A stretch of DNA of 64,000 nucleotides. Source: Podarcis vaucheri. Lineage: Eukaryota. The notes below the pieces were generated by a model. It ran no database searches and was not told the origin of the DNA. It was given only the letters and a program-made list of their open reading frames with translations. The DNA lies in the NCBI GenBank assembly GCA_965113315.1, contig OZ220372.1; one strand, 5' to 3'. Both the position numbers and the translations under genes were made by a program. Position 1 is the stretch's first letter. Every line of letters begins with the position of its first letter. Below, piece after piece: positions 26,003 to 38,790 of this stretch.

Positions 26003-26354
26003 TGGCGCTGTGGGCTAAAGCCTCAGCGCCTAGGGCTTGCCGATCGAAAGGTCGGCGGTTCGAATCCCCGCGGCGGGGTGCGCTCCCGCTGCTCGGTCCC
26101 AGCGCCTGCCAACCTAGCAGTTCGAAAGCACCCCCGGGGGCAAGTAGATAAATAGGTACCGCTTACCAGCGGGAAGGTAAACGGCGTTCCGTGTGCGGCT
26201 CTGGCTCGCCAGAGCAGCGTTGTCACGCTGGCCACGTGACCCGGAAGTGTCTTCGGACAGCGCTGGCCCCCGGCCAATAGATGTGAGATGGGCGCACAAA
26301 CCCCAGAGTCTGTCAAGACTGGCCCGTTCGGGCAGGGGTACCTTTACCTTTACC
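26003..26354 (+). mobile_element. Sauria SINE, young subfamily B, slightly 5'-truncated
   Basis: 13-bp TSD TATGTTCTAACTG at 25990-26002 and 26355-26367; about 99% identical to copies at 7154 and 13683. Confidence 0.95.
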
Positions 26355-27206
26355 TATGTTCTAACTGCATCAGGATTTTTAAAATTCAGTTTTGTAGCTT
26401 ATAAGTTAGCATTTAAATTTTAGCCATATGTGTAACACTGGCTTGACATGTAAATGCATCAGTGATAACCAGTGAATGCTGCATCTTTAAGTGTTTTTGC
26501 AGTTTACTTCTACCCATACTTGGTTTTATCCCAGCCTTTTACTTGGAGGAGGTGATACGCACCTGCTTTCTCAGGTGCTTTAATGATTTTAAAAAGTTGT
26601 AGTTGTAAGGCTTAGAGAGGTTTGGAAATGTGTGGGCAATGCTTCATTAAATCCTGAATGCAAGTATTGCTTGGACTTTAGTGGTAGCTGTAGGTTCTCA
26701 TCTCTGCCACCCCCACAAATTCTGTGGCTAGCAAAATTAAGTATGCACAAGTTTGCACATAACGTGCAGGCAATAGAAAGGATTTAAAAATCTGGTGCAG
26801 GATATGTGCAACTCTGAAATAGAGCTTTGTTAATATATGTGAATCTTTTGTTCTGCTCCATGCTGGCACTGAGCTAGTGTCGAAAGATACCTATTGCCTA
26901 AGTTTTGCTAAAATGCCACTCATTTTTGTGTACTGTAGAGCTATAAACAGTGAATAATAATGCAAAGTAAAATGCATGTTTCAGTCATCTAAGATGAATA
27001 GCCATATTCAAAGTAAATGACAGATGTGATTGTTAGTTCAAAATCTCTGGTAATGGAAGGCAATTATGGCAGCCCAAGTAAATTTTCAGTATGCGATTAT
27101 TGTTACCACTCTTGTGAGTTGGGGGGATGGGAGGCGGGATATGTGGAGCCGATGAAACTGTAAAACCACGGATGCTTCTAAATTCTTCTTAAATTCCATT
27201 TTGCAG

Positions 27207-27363
27207 ACCTACTCAGGCCTGTTCTGTGTTGTCATAAATCCCTACAAGAACCTGCCTATCTACTCAGAAGAAATTGTGGATATGTACAAAGGCAAAAAGA
27301 GACATGAGATGCCCCCTCACATATATGCTATTACAGACACTGCCTACAGGAGTATGATGCAAG
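27207..27363 (+). CDS. MYH9: MYH9 exon 3 ([14 protein letters not shown]...RSMMQ)
   Basis: ttgcag|ACC ... AAG|gtaggt, 157 nt. Confidence 0.96.
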
Positions 27364-30300
27364 GTAGGTACATTTTAAAATATATTCTGGCCATGGCAGT
27401 AGCTATGCTCAAATGAGTAGGCTCTTGTAGAGTTGCCACTTTTGAAATGTCAAATGTTGATAGGGATACAATATGAAAGTTTCATGTTCGGGTGGAGGTC
27501 TGCTGCAGTGCAACTTTTGATTCCAGTCAATCTTCTGGTCTCTGGAAAGCAGCATTCCTCCGTTGCTTTCAGTTCTGCCTAATCCGTGGGGGAGGCTTGG
27601 TGCAGCAGCCAGTGGTATGGGAGGAATCTGTATTGAGCACAGAAGATGAAAGGCCACAGTGCTCTGCAAGAACCAGAGGCATTCAGGATTAGCTGTTTGT
27701 GCCCTAGACTCTATTCAAAGTCTAACAGGCAGGAAATCTTTCATGGTTTTGAGCACTTCTTAAAAAAGCATGGCAAGCTGATGTCTCTGGCCCATTCTCA
27801 GCATGGGGGTGCAGTTATTTCCCTGAGCTGGTGAAGCAGAAAGACCTGCATGTTAATTGGTTAGATTCCAGCACTTGGTTTAGGGCATGCTAATTGGCAG
27901 CCTGCAGAGGAGGAGCAGGGGCTTGCTTGGTTTCAACTAATACCCAAGTTTCTTAACCTTTTTGTAATGCGGCCAGACTGTGTGTCACTGCCTCTTTTTG
28001 GAACTGGCATCTCTTTTGGCAGCCCATATAGTTTTATGATGATGAAACTCCCTGCCCCAGGCCAAATCAGCTGGCAGAGGGAGGGGCATAGAAGTCAGGT
28101 ATATATATGCATGGCTGCGTCTGAACTCTGGATTTGCTAGGACCTTGGGTGTTAATGTAGGTTGCAATGGATTCAAGAAGGCATCAAGATAGGCATCAAT
28201 GTGTCCTTCATGAGTTTGCTTGTGTGTGTATGAGAATGAGGAAACAGCCAGTCAGTATCCTTTTATGAGGCTGAACTGCTGCTCCAGTATGTAAATAAGT
28301 AACAGTGGAGCCAGAGTACCTTTTATAGGTGGCTTGAACAAACCCAATAAATTATGACAAACTGGAATATGTACAACAGTCTTCCTTGCAAGCCCACTAC
28401 CACCAGGCTTTTGTTTGCTTCTCCTTGTTGCATTGCAAGCTTGGGATAATGTAGTATGTAGGATTCTGCCATTTTGGGGAATCAGGGAGGGTTCTTGGTG
28501 ATCTTTAGGTCTCATTCAATAGCCTTGTGGCTGAGACTTAAAGCTGAAGACTTCCTCTCTCCCCCCTCCCTCCAATATCTGTTAAATGTTAAATCTTCTG
28601 TGTGAAACCCATAATGTTTACATATTTCAGAAGTTGGGGCCAAGAATGTACTATTTGTTAGTCAAGTCTAGTCTGGCTTGCTTCGTGTAGCATTCCATGT
28701 CCCTTTTGAATCAAGTCTTGTTTATGCTAAATCTTTTGTTCTGGACTCTGATTCACAAAGGGAGGTTTAAAAAACAACAACTGGGTCTTTATTTTGTTAA
28801 AGGCCATGACTTTCATATAACCCCACCAGCATTTCTCTTAAATGTACTTAAGAGAGGGAAATGATTCTGTCAGCTTGCCTTTAAGAGTGTGGAGGTCAAT
28901 TTCCCAACAATGGTAACCAGGGCAAATAGGCTCCATGTTGGAAATAGCTCATGCTTCACAATTTTCCTTCTCGAAATACTATCTTTTTTTGTAAGTCTGA
29001 TTATATTTTATCATACCGACAAGTTTGATTATATTTTATCAATACGGAAATGATAGGAAAACATATTTAATATGAACAAGGGCTACTATGGCTGTCGAGG
29101 AAAAAAACACAACACCTCGACTGATGCTGACATTGTCATGGTTGACTTTTGCATACATCTTTACATTTGCTGCAAATTATGCCAGTGGAATCTGCATTTT
29201 TAAAAGAAAAAGGTAAAATTTGAATGTCACTACATGCTGATTCATATTGCATGTCTCTAGATGGCAAGGTAGATGACAAAAAAGGCAGTTGGTTTAGACA
29301 AGCCTTCCAATAGGAGTGGAGTTCTAACATTCTTAGTCGTCTTGGTGTCTCATGATTAACAGCTGTTTTTCCCCAACCAAATTAAACCCACAGAATATAA
29401 AAGAGCATTTTTTTTATGATGCAGACAGGAAGGAATGAGATAGTGTTTTTTAAGTGACTCTCTTTGTATGTGAAACTGCTTCTTGCTGTAAATTCATTTA
29501 GTGGGAAATGAAATTAGTTCCTCTTAAAATTCTGCTTTGGTCATGTTCTAATTGTCTCCAGTTAACATAGTGGGAGGTGTGAAGAAGACATTTCATCTGT
29601 TAATGGTGAGGTCCATCTGACAAGAACAGATGCAAGTTTGCGTATTTTATCCTAGAAGTACTGTACATGCACTCAGAATGTTTCCTCTTGAAATCTCATG
29701 CAATGAGTTGAGTAAGATTTAAAAAGTGAAAGAACCTGTATTGTTTGCTTAAAGATGCAGAAAGGTTGGGGTAACTACTGGACTTTGTTTCCCAAATTGG
29801 GGGTCAGCCAGTATTGTTTTGTCCCAGAATCCTAAGTATATCCTAGTACCTAGCAAAGATGAAGCGAATCAAGTCTTGAATCTAGATGCTGACCTTTTGA
29901 CTATAATATCAAGCCAATTCTCCCATCTTTCTCCTACCTGCCCCTTGAAGTGTTGTAGAAAATTCAAAAGCTTGTTCCCATGATTTTGTGACATATTTGG
30001 TCCCAATAAAAGTTAATTGCCCAACTGTTGAATTTTAATTGAATCAAGGTTTCTGTAACCACTTTTGGATTCTAAACGTCTCCAAAACCTTTTATTAGTC
30101 TTTTAGTTCCGACAAGTCAGAGTATTACTCAGAACATTATTATTGACCAACTTCTTAACCTCTTGGTGCTCTGTTCACTACTGTATCATCCAGGGGAAGG
30201 AGATGGTAAGGAGGAAATAATGTGTGCTAGGAGTCCTCCCCCACCCCTCCACCTCATTTCCAAAATTTTAAAAGACAAGTGAAGTACCCCCTGAGGCTTT

Positions 30301-32604
30301 TTCCAGTGTTGAGATGGAAAATGTGTTACAAAAAGAGCACTGTAAAAACAAAGGAGGCAAGATAGCTGATGAGATGTATGATAATTCATGTTCTATATCC
30401 ATCCAGTCAGATGGGCGGGGTACTACTACTACTACTGTTAATTACAGTGCCTTAAATGCAGTTACAGGTCTTAGCTGTGATGCCTAAATATTTCTGATGA
30501 TAAACCATAGAGATGGGGGAAACTATCTTTTTCAGTAGTTAGGAGGTAGGCTTTGCTCTTTAGCAATAGTCAAACTGCCTGTGTTAATGAATCAGCTATA
30601 ATCAGGGATCAAACCTTTTGCCTTTTTAGCTCTGCTTCCTCTTGGCTTGAGAGATGATGTCACTGTAGTGTGAGTGCTATGTTCTCCTTTTATGGAGTTA
30701 AACAGACTCAACTCGGAGTTGCTCATGCAGAGGAAGTGGGTGATAAAGGCCTGTTAGGATATTCTGTAACTGAGTTGTGAAGCACTAAGCAGCATGTTAA
30801 CATTTTCTCTTCTTATCCCCACCCTCCCCAGAGTTCAAAATATAATCTCCTCTTGGGCAATTAGAACACCTCAAATGCATGTACTTGGGAAGCATGTAAT
30901 AACTACTATTATTTTGACACTTCTGCTACAGAACTCTTCTATTTTTTTCCAGCTACAAGGATTCCACAGATACATAAAACTATATTTAAATTTGCATGAT
31001 GAAGCAGTTTGCATCAAATGCTTCCAAGCCAAGCATCTCATAAGATGGACTCTAGTCAATGAGAGATTGTACCACAATCTCTCTGGAATAAATAAAAAAT
31101 TTGCCTCTTTAAAATCTGTATTGCTTCTTAAGTGTTAAAGACCAGGCTTGATAATAAATATTGAACAGAATTTGTACAGCTCATAAGACAGCTGCTCATT
31201 GAATAACTGCTCTGAAATACAGAGCCAGTGCTATAAGACTAATGCGTTACTTATTAAAAGCATAGTCAAAAGATACATATCTGGGCCTGTAAAGCAGATG
31301 TAGACTCCTTCTTTAATTATCTTATAAATGAGCATTTGGTTACATTTATTTTCCTTCTTCCTTTCTCACCCCCCTCCCACAGCAAAACAAATCTAGGCTA
31401 TCTGAACACTTGCATACTCCCCAGAAGGAGCACCCAATATCCTTCTGGACAGTCAGTTTTGAAATGGGTGCCTCTGTTGTATTTATTTTATTTATCGAAA
31501 CTTACAGATCACATAATAATGATCAAGAAAGAAAAATTTCTAAGCAGTTGACATAAAATAATGAAAAATATTTATCTGACAATACAAACACGTTTAATCT
31601 GTAGGATAATCTCATGAGCATAATAGAGCCCAGATTGAACGGAAAATATAATATTCTAAAACATAACATAGCTGCTGTATCATTGTGCAATTGTGCAGCT
31701 TTTTCTGTGTGTGCGTTAGCTTACTGTTTTGGGGGAGGGAAGTCTGTTTGTTCTAAGAGTTGAGCAACAGGAAGTAGGATACCATGCGCCACTTCTCACT
31801 TCTCAGGCAGAAGAATTCCAGCTATCCCAGTGATGACTGCTCTACTAGGCTGGGAAAATGCTCTCCTTCTCCTCGCCCCCCCTCCTCCAAAGGGGCCTAT
31901 TTCCTTTTATGGTAGTGTCTGCATACTTGCCATGTGACTTGCCTGTACTTGTGCAGGTACATTCTTTAAAGCTTAAGGAGGAGGTGACTAACCAACCTGC
32001 AGCTGACAATAGAGGGGGAGGGGGGGATTGCTGCCACACGTGGAGTTTTTTTCTGACTAGTTTGCCTGCTAATGCATCAAATTCTATAGGGATGAAGGCA
32101 CTACTTTTCCCACAAGGAATTTCAGGCTAATTGGTCAGCTGCTGAGTTATGTTTCTTCCTGCAGGCTGGAATGGAAGTAGAATGGCTCCTACTGTAGGCA
32201 AAAGGACGGCTGGTTATGACTCAAGATGCATAGGGCTACTGCAGGCGTTCTCCATTTGGCTTCCCCCTATAGTAATGAGGCATGAATTGATGTTTGGATA
32301 CAGAGACAGTGTACTTTAAGCACCTGTAGCTTCTTTTAAAAAGTGCCATCATTATTCAGAGAAACAACTGCCTTCCTGGAATTGCCTGCATGATACAGAA
32401 CCACCCAGTTGTCTGTGTTACTGAATACACCTCCTGGGGCTATGTGCAAATGAATCAATGCCCAGTCATGCAGAGCCCATTAACTGTTGAGAATCCTTCA
32501 ACTCGTATGCTCTTATGAACTGGTAGAGAGTCCAAAAACTTGTCACTTACCTTGCAAGGCACATGTATGCTAGTGGAGTAATCTAACTGGTCATTAATTA
32601 ATTT

Positions 32605-32721
32605 GGGTGATCTCCAACTAAGTCATACTCTGAGCAGACACACTGAAATCAATAAACTTCAGTACCAAGTCAGTTTATTTCAGTGGCTCTACTCAGAATA
32701 TGACTTAGTAGGAGATCACCC
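32605..32721. mobile_element. Short palindromic MITE with ~30-bp near-perfect arms
   Basis: GGGTGATCTCCAACTAAGTCATACTCTGAG ... CTCAGAATATGACTTAGTAGGAGATCACCC. Confidence 0.75.
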
Positions 32722-33349
32722 TCTGTATGTAGCTAAGCACCATATAAAATGCACTGTATATGAGTAGCTGAACTACTAACCCTGAATCCCAGCTCTTCAG
32801 TTTCTTTGATTCCTGTAGCAGTGGTAAAAAAATCAGGTAAAAAAAAATTGCTATTGGATATGGCTCTGTATCCACAAAGAACTCTGGCTTGCACGCTTGG
32901 TTAAGTTATGTCACCTTCTAATCTTACCTGACACAAAAAGGAATTTTAGTTATACATGTAGGAGAGTATAAAACAAGTGATATGGTTCTCCCAACTATTT
33001 GGAATTTTTTTCTGCGCATACCACACTGAGAGCAGGAGTTCTGTAGATAACATGGTGGCTGTGAAAATAGGCAGGATTTGTTTATCAGTAATCCCAGTCA
33101 TACTCTTTTACTTGAATAAGGGCAATACAGGCATTGAGGCTACTCTTTAAGACCCCACCCCTCCATTCCATTTTGTTGAATCTGCTGGGGGTGTATGTGC
33201 AAGAAAATACAACAACAGAGGTGCAGGCTATGTTGAAGAGATTTGCCAAGAGGCCTGAGACTATGCAACTTTGCTTAAGAGGCAGTGAGATGGAATAAAG
33301 GTGACCTTGGCCTGAATCTGATCGTCTTTTGTTTGCTTCTTAATTTCAG

Positions 33350-33377
33350 ATCGAGAGGATCAGGCCATTCTTTGCAC
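33350..33377 (+). CDS. MYH9: MYH9 exon 4 (DREDQAILCT), absent from ORF track
   Basis: tttcag|ATCGAG ... CAC|gtaagt, 28 nt, phases match neighbours. Confidence 0.95.
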
Positions 33378-33818
33378 GTAAGTATTTGCATAATTTCCCC
33401 ATTGCTGATATAGTTCTTGGCAGTTTAAGCAGCTTTTTAAAATGTAGTTGACTCACAGGAGTGGTTTTACTGTGAAACTTTAATCTCTCCGGGTCTAACT
33501 AATACTTTGAAAGGCAGGTGTGTGCATAATTTTTCACATGTTTACCAAGTCTCACTAGAAAAAGATAAGGGCAGATAAAGACCAGGAGAAGATGTTATAG
33601 GCCCCCCTAGTGGAAGCATATCAAGTGTAAATGCTTGGAGAACTGGTAGTTAAGAAAGCAACCTGATAGGTATTGTGGTAACCTTGTTCACCATATACAA
33701 GCTAGCAAGACATTTAGGGAAATGTGTGGACTAGGCTCCTGAAAACAGTATTTTAGAAAGTTGCTAAAGAGAGTTAAATGTTTGCAAATATATCCTGATA
33801 ATGCTTTGTCTTTTGCAG

Positions 33819-33912
33819 AGGTGAATCTGGAGCTGGTAAGACAGAAAACACCAAGAAGGTCATTCAGTATCTGGCTCATGTTGCTTCATCACACAAGAGC
33901 AAGAAGGATCAA
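33819..33912 (+). CDS. MYH9: MYH9 exon 5 (P-loop GESGAGKT to loop 1)
   Basis: ttgcag|AGGT ... CAA|gtaagt, 94 nt. Confidence 0.96.
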
Positions 33913-36900
33913 GTAAGTTTCTGTATTCTAATAGGAATTTGCTCTGCTATTTCAACTGCAAACACAAGCTGACCTCTTTATGGGAGATAATTTATTACTG
34001 ACTGATGCTTTGTAGTAATGTGAATGGTCCCGAATTTTATGTGAGACTGGCTAATATTGTGCTCCTGACTTGTGTTCACTGACTTCAGTGAAGTGGCAGT
34101 AGATGTTGAATTGTGTCTAAATGACCGCTGTATGTGGCAGGGCATTCACCTACTGGCAGGGAGGTACCATCTGCCTCCTTATTGTAGCGTCAGTTTAAAA
34201 CTACTTGACCACCTCTTCTCCTGGAGTTGTGGCTGCCCCGCCTTTCATTTGCAATGAAGAAACTGTTCCATCACTAGAGCCTTCTTTTCTGTTATAGGTA
34301 GTAACCAAAAAGACTCTGACAGTGTGTGTCTTTTGTGCTGAGGGTATCTATGAAATATTGTCTCATTTATTTTTCCTCCCTTCTCTTGATGGATTATGTC
34401 CGAACTCATCAGTTGGGACTTCATAGGTGAGCTGCACGTTTACTGCACGATCTGCACCAGGAATGTGTGTGTTGCTCTACTGTGTGACTTATAGCCGCTT
34501 TTCACTCCCACCAATGTCACTTTTTGCTACTATCAGTTCACAGTTTGAATCACACAGCTTTCTTCCTCCCGAGACGTCCCGAATGGGAGACTACAGTTTA
34601 CCTCATGACACTTTCTCACGTATAGTCAAAACCTATTAGTAATTCTCACTTTAGGTCTTTCTGAATAGAATTTCCCATGTGCACCGAGAGGCATTCTGCG
34701 CAGTGACACAGATACTCTGTGCTGTTCCAAAGAGGTATCTGGTATCCATGGTATTCTGGCTAGACAGAGCCAGCTGACTTTCTCCACTCTCCTCAACCCA
34801 TCCAGCGTACTTGCTGTGGTGCAGGATGCTGGGAAAGGTCATGAAGAAACTGCCCCGGCACAGGCTGGATGTTCCAGCTCAGAGCTCTTTGCCCGAGTTA
34901 AACACATGAGGAAATGCTAGTTATCTTGTAAACATTATAATGAAACCCAGATGCCAAGTGTATTCCCTGTTGCTACATAAAATCTTGGGTTTTGATTCTT
35001 TAATGTACTGGCATGCTGTGTGTCCATAGGGTTAGCTCTCAAAATATCTCTGCATGGTGTGTGTGCGTGTGCGCACATTCTAATGAGTGGCTTTTGGAAG
35101 CAAACCAAGATATAGTCTTCTGTATGCCAAACCTTTTGAGAGATGACAGCTGTTCCAATAGACTGTCAGTGAGAATACTTAGAACAGGCACAAAAAACAT
35201 TTCTGTGTTAGGATTTAGGGATCTGAAAGCATGTATATTCTGTCGCAGTGCTATCAAAACCTAGGATATAAGGTGGCAATCATCAGCCCCCAGTGTAACA
35301 GTTTTGGAGCCCTTCCCCCAGCTTTAACTTGAAGTCCTTTTGGGGTTTTTTAAAGATTAGTCAAAGTACTGTATTGCTTTTAGAAGCCTGAAGCAGACAT
35401 AGAACTTTTTTATGTTGTGTGTGTTGATGTTTAAATCTAACTATCACAACCAATCTTTCCACCCATGCTTTTGAGTAGGAATTAACAATTATTAATGGCT
35501 TATTTAGGAGAGTTTTGATTCCCCCCCCCAGACATGCTTAGAATCAATATTTGTGATAGTTTCCAGGGTCAGGAGACAGGCCTGTTGATCAGGAAAGTTG
35601 TGTTAAAGGATGGCTGGATATGACATGCACCCGGCTTTATGTATTAATAGTGCTAGGCTTTAGATTGCAGAGTTTTAAAACCACAACTTGGGCAAACTTT
35701 TCACTTTGCAATTGAAATTCTTAGCACCGTAGTGCTTTCAAGCAAAGCTGTCCACAGCATTTGGTATTTTCTAAAGTTTCTCAGCAGCGGCATTGCTGGA
35801 GGAGGAGGTTGGCATGATCTGCTGTTTCAGCAGACCGGCTGGTTAGTTCCAAGGTGGGACAATTAGTTCAAACTGTCTCTTCTCATTCTGAATCCCTTCT
35901 GAGATCTGCTTCAGCTGGCTTTAGTCATGAGTAGAGGGGTGGAAATCTTTAAAAGCCTTTTCCGGACCAGACATCAAATATCTGAAGACTCCCAAGGGTG
36001 ATACTGTTCCTGGATTCTTTCCTGGAGGAAGTATTTGGAGCTGCTGTGTGGGAAAATTGTGAAGATACTCTTTATTCAAGTTTTTCTGAAACGATGAAAG
36101 GCTCACGCCCACACTGTGGCCAAATGGAACAGAATCTGTGGCTGTAGTGACATGCATGATTAAATTGGCTATGCGACACACAAAAAAGAATGAAAAAGTT
36201 CAGGCTGCAACTGAAGAAAAATAAATATTAGCAACCCATATTGAGGACCTGTTAGGACATTATTTCACTCCTGGGATTGTGTCCAGAAACAGGCTTTGGG
36301 CTCATATGTCCCTCACTGTGTGATCAAATGAAGAAATTGCATAGGGTATGGGATTTCATTGGTTCTGTGGTACTCTACAATGACACCTTAAGTCATGTTC
36401 CTGATCTCTTCTTGGTGGGAAATAGTATCCGAACAGACCCTAACTCATGAATCAGATATTTCAGAAAAAGGACATTGTATATTACTTGATCACAATATGC
36501 AGTCATTCCCTCTACTAAGAATTGTTGGTGGTGAGTGCTGGCAGAAATTGAACTAAAATGGGACTGCTGAGAAACAAGATAGTGGTATTGGATTGAGGGA
36601 GTCTCATATTTGCAGAAGTACAACAGCAGTCTTAAGCAACGCCCACAGCCCTATGGGGACAATCCCCCAAACAACCCATTGAGGACTGAGCATGCACAGT
36701 AGTCATAGTTGGGGAAAAAGAAACAGCACTCCTATTTGGGGATGAGTATGCATTGCAACGTCTTGTTTCAAATGCATTTGGAAGCTCTAGGTTTTCCTAA
36801 TCTTACTGTCATCTAGGTAGCCAATTCCTTTCCTAAATTTTCCACTGGTTAAGTTCATATAGGGAGCTACAATAGCTTGTGCTTCTTTGGGTCTCTAAAA

Positions 36901-37829
36901 CAGCCTCTCCCTTCCTTCTGTGGCTGGCTCCAACCCATTTGTGTCTCTTCTTAACCCCCCCCCCCATTTTTCTAGTGAAAAAGGTGCAATGAATTACTGT
37001 TGTCTGCAGAAAAACACTCAAAGAAACCATTGCTCCTTATAGTTACATTTTTAGCCCTGGAGTCCTGCATTGGAATATTTAAGCTGCTGCTGCTTCCTCT
37101 AAACATAGCTTTTCTTCAGATCTTGACCCTGCGCTGAAGTTGTAGTGTTTCGGTTTGTGACATCACTCATTTCCATAGCAACAGATTGCAGTAACAAACA
37201 AAGGATTAGGACTCCACTGCAGGATCAAACGGAGAATTGTGCGGGGGGGGGGGCAGAGGCCTCTTCCTAGCACACATACATGTGTGACAATAGAGGAAAT
37301 TCTACATTGCTGGCAAAATAAACTTTTCGGCACCCATCTGAGGCTTTGCTTCCTTCTCCACAGCTGATGGGGTGGTCTGTGATGGATAGCAGCTGTCTTA
37401 ACCAGAATCTATTCCCATGGCCCAACAGCCCTCTGTCACCATGAATAAATGTTGTTGCTGCTGCTGTTGTTGTGGTACCAAGCTGCACAACGGACAGCAG
37501 AGTTCAGAGCTCTTCTAAATGTATGTGAAGTTGGATCACTTACAGAAAACCCAAAGCAACAGTTGAGTAAAGGCCCCTTTCTTAGCCCTGCATTCAGCTG
37601 AGTGAGCAAAACTGTCAAGTTTACTCTGCAACTGTTGTAGCACCAGCAGCAGATTTGGTGCTATATGGAAACTGAAGAGTTGTGTATCTGAGCTCTGGGA
37701 GGTACTAAAGTCCAGTGAAAAGCAAGTTCAGAAACATGGAAAGCTGGAATAGGAGGACAAGTTGATGCAGTGTGATCTTAGGTCAGCAAAAATGGAACAG
37801 TTTTTCAGCAGCTTTGTAGTCATATAAAC

Positions 37830-38082
37830 TAGGGGTCAGCAAACTTTTTCAGCAGGGGGCCAGTGCACTGTCCCTCAGACCTTGTGGGGGGCCGGACTAT
37901 ATTTTGAAAAAGAAAGCAAGAATGAATTCCTATGCCCCACAAATAACCCAAAGATGCATTTAAAATAAAAGCACACATTCTACTCATGTAAAAACACGCT
38001 GATTCCCAGATCATCCGCGGGCAGGATTTAGAAGGCAATTGGGCCAGATCCGGCTCCCCGGGCCTTAGTTTGCCTACCCATG
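37830..38082. mobile_element. hAT-Charlie MITE
   Basis: TIRs TAGGGGTCAGCAAACT and AGTTTGCCTACCCATG; 8-bp TSD ATATAAAC at 37822-37829 and 38083-38090. Confidence 0.88.
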
Positions 38083-38313
38083 ATATAAACCTTGAAGGCA
38101 ACAGGTTTTGTTTCTCTGAGTTTACTGGATGGAGAGATTTTTCTTTTGATGCGATTAGCTTACCCTTAAGGAAGTGTATTCCTTAAGGCATACATCTCCC
38201 AACAATCTACACAGTGCTACTTATGGAAATAAGAGTTTGGAGCCAGGAGTTGACAAAATATATCGCCTTCTAAATGAATGGGTTGAAAGTAATTTTCATG
38301 TCTGATTTCCTGA

Positions 38314-38433
<120 letters not shown>

Positions 38434-38647
38434 TGAATTATGCATTTGAAGTTTGGGGGGCAGGGGAAGGATATAGTTGAATGTGGTTTTAGCTGTTTGG
38501 CCTTGGATGTAGTTCTGAATGCAAACTTCACTTTGTCCGCATTTGAAGGGTATTTGGGGCAAGCAGATTATCCACAAACTCGTATTAATAATATATGCGT
38601 GAGTCATCCTAAACCTTGATTGCCTCTGATATAGTTAACAATATCGA

Positions 38648-38790
38648 ACATTTTATTTGTATGCTGCCTTTCCAAAGTTAAAACCATGCTCAAGGCAGCT
38701 TACATATATAAAAAATTACATAACTACATAAACATAATGAAGTAGTCATAAACAATAAGCAAAAGTAATCATAAACAAAAAAATCAAATA
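38648..38790 (-). mobile_element. L2-type 3' tail remnant
   Basis: Reverse complement AAGCTGCCTTGAGCATGG...GGAAAGGCAGCATACAAATAAAAT, an L2-like terminal stem-loop plus AATAAA. Confidence 0.55.

Noticed and set aside
26085-26125. GGTCCCAG...CCTGCC in the SINE superficially resembling an HDV-like ribozyme
   Set aside because: The nested double pseudoknot (P1/P1.1/P3 and catalytic C) could not be built by eye.
34308-34331. Acceptor-like CTTCTTTTCTGTTATAG followed by a possible 24-nt exon
   Set aside because: Donor ACA|gtgtgt is weak and the peptide is unlike paralogous inserts.
35036-35056. 21-nt in-frame loop-1 exon candidate (LSKYLCM)
   Set aside because: Poor acceptor (ggttag, with a competing AG just upstream), weak donor, and no similarity to known loop-1 inserts.
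38164-38188. 10-bp inverted repeat CCTTAAGGAA-N5-TTCCTTAAGG
   Set aside because: Short enough to arise by chance or local slippage; no supporting context.
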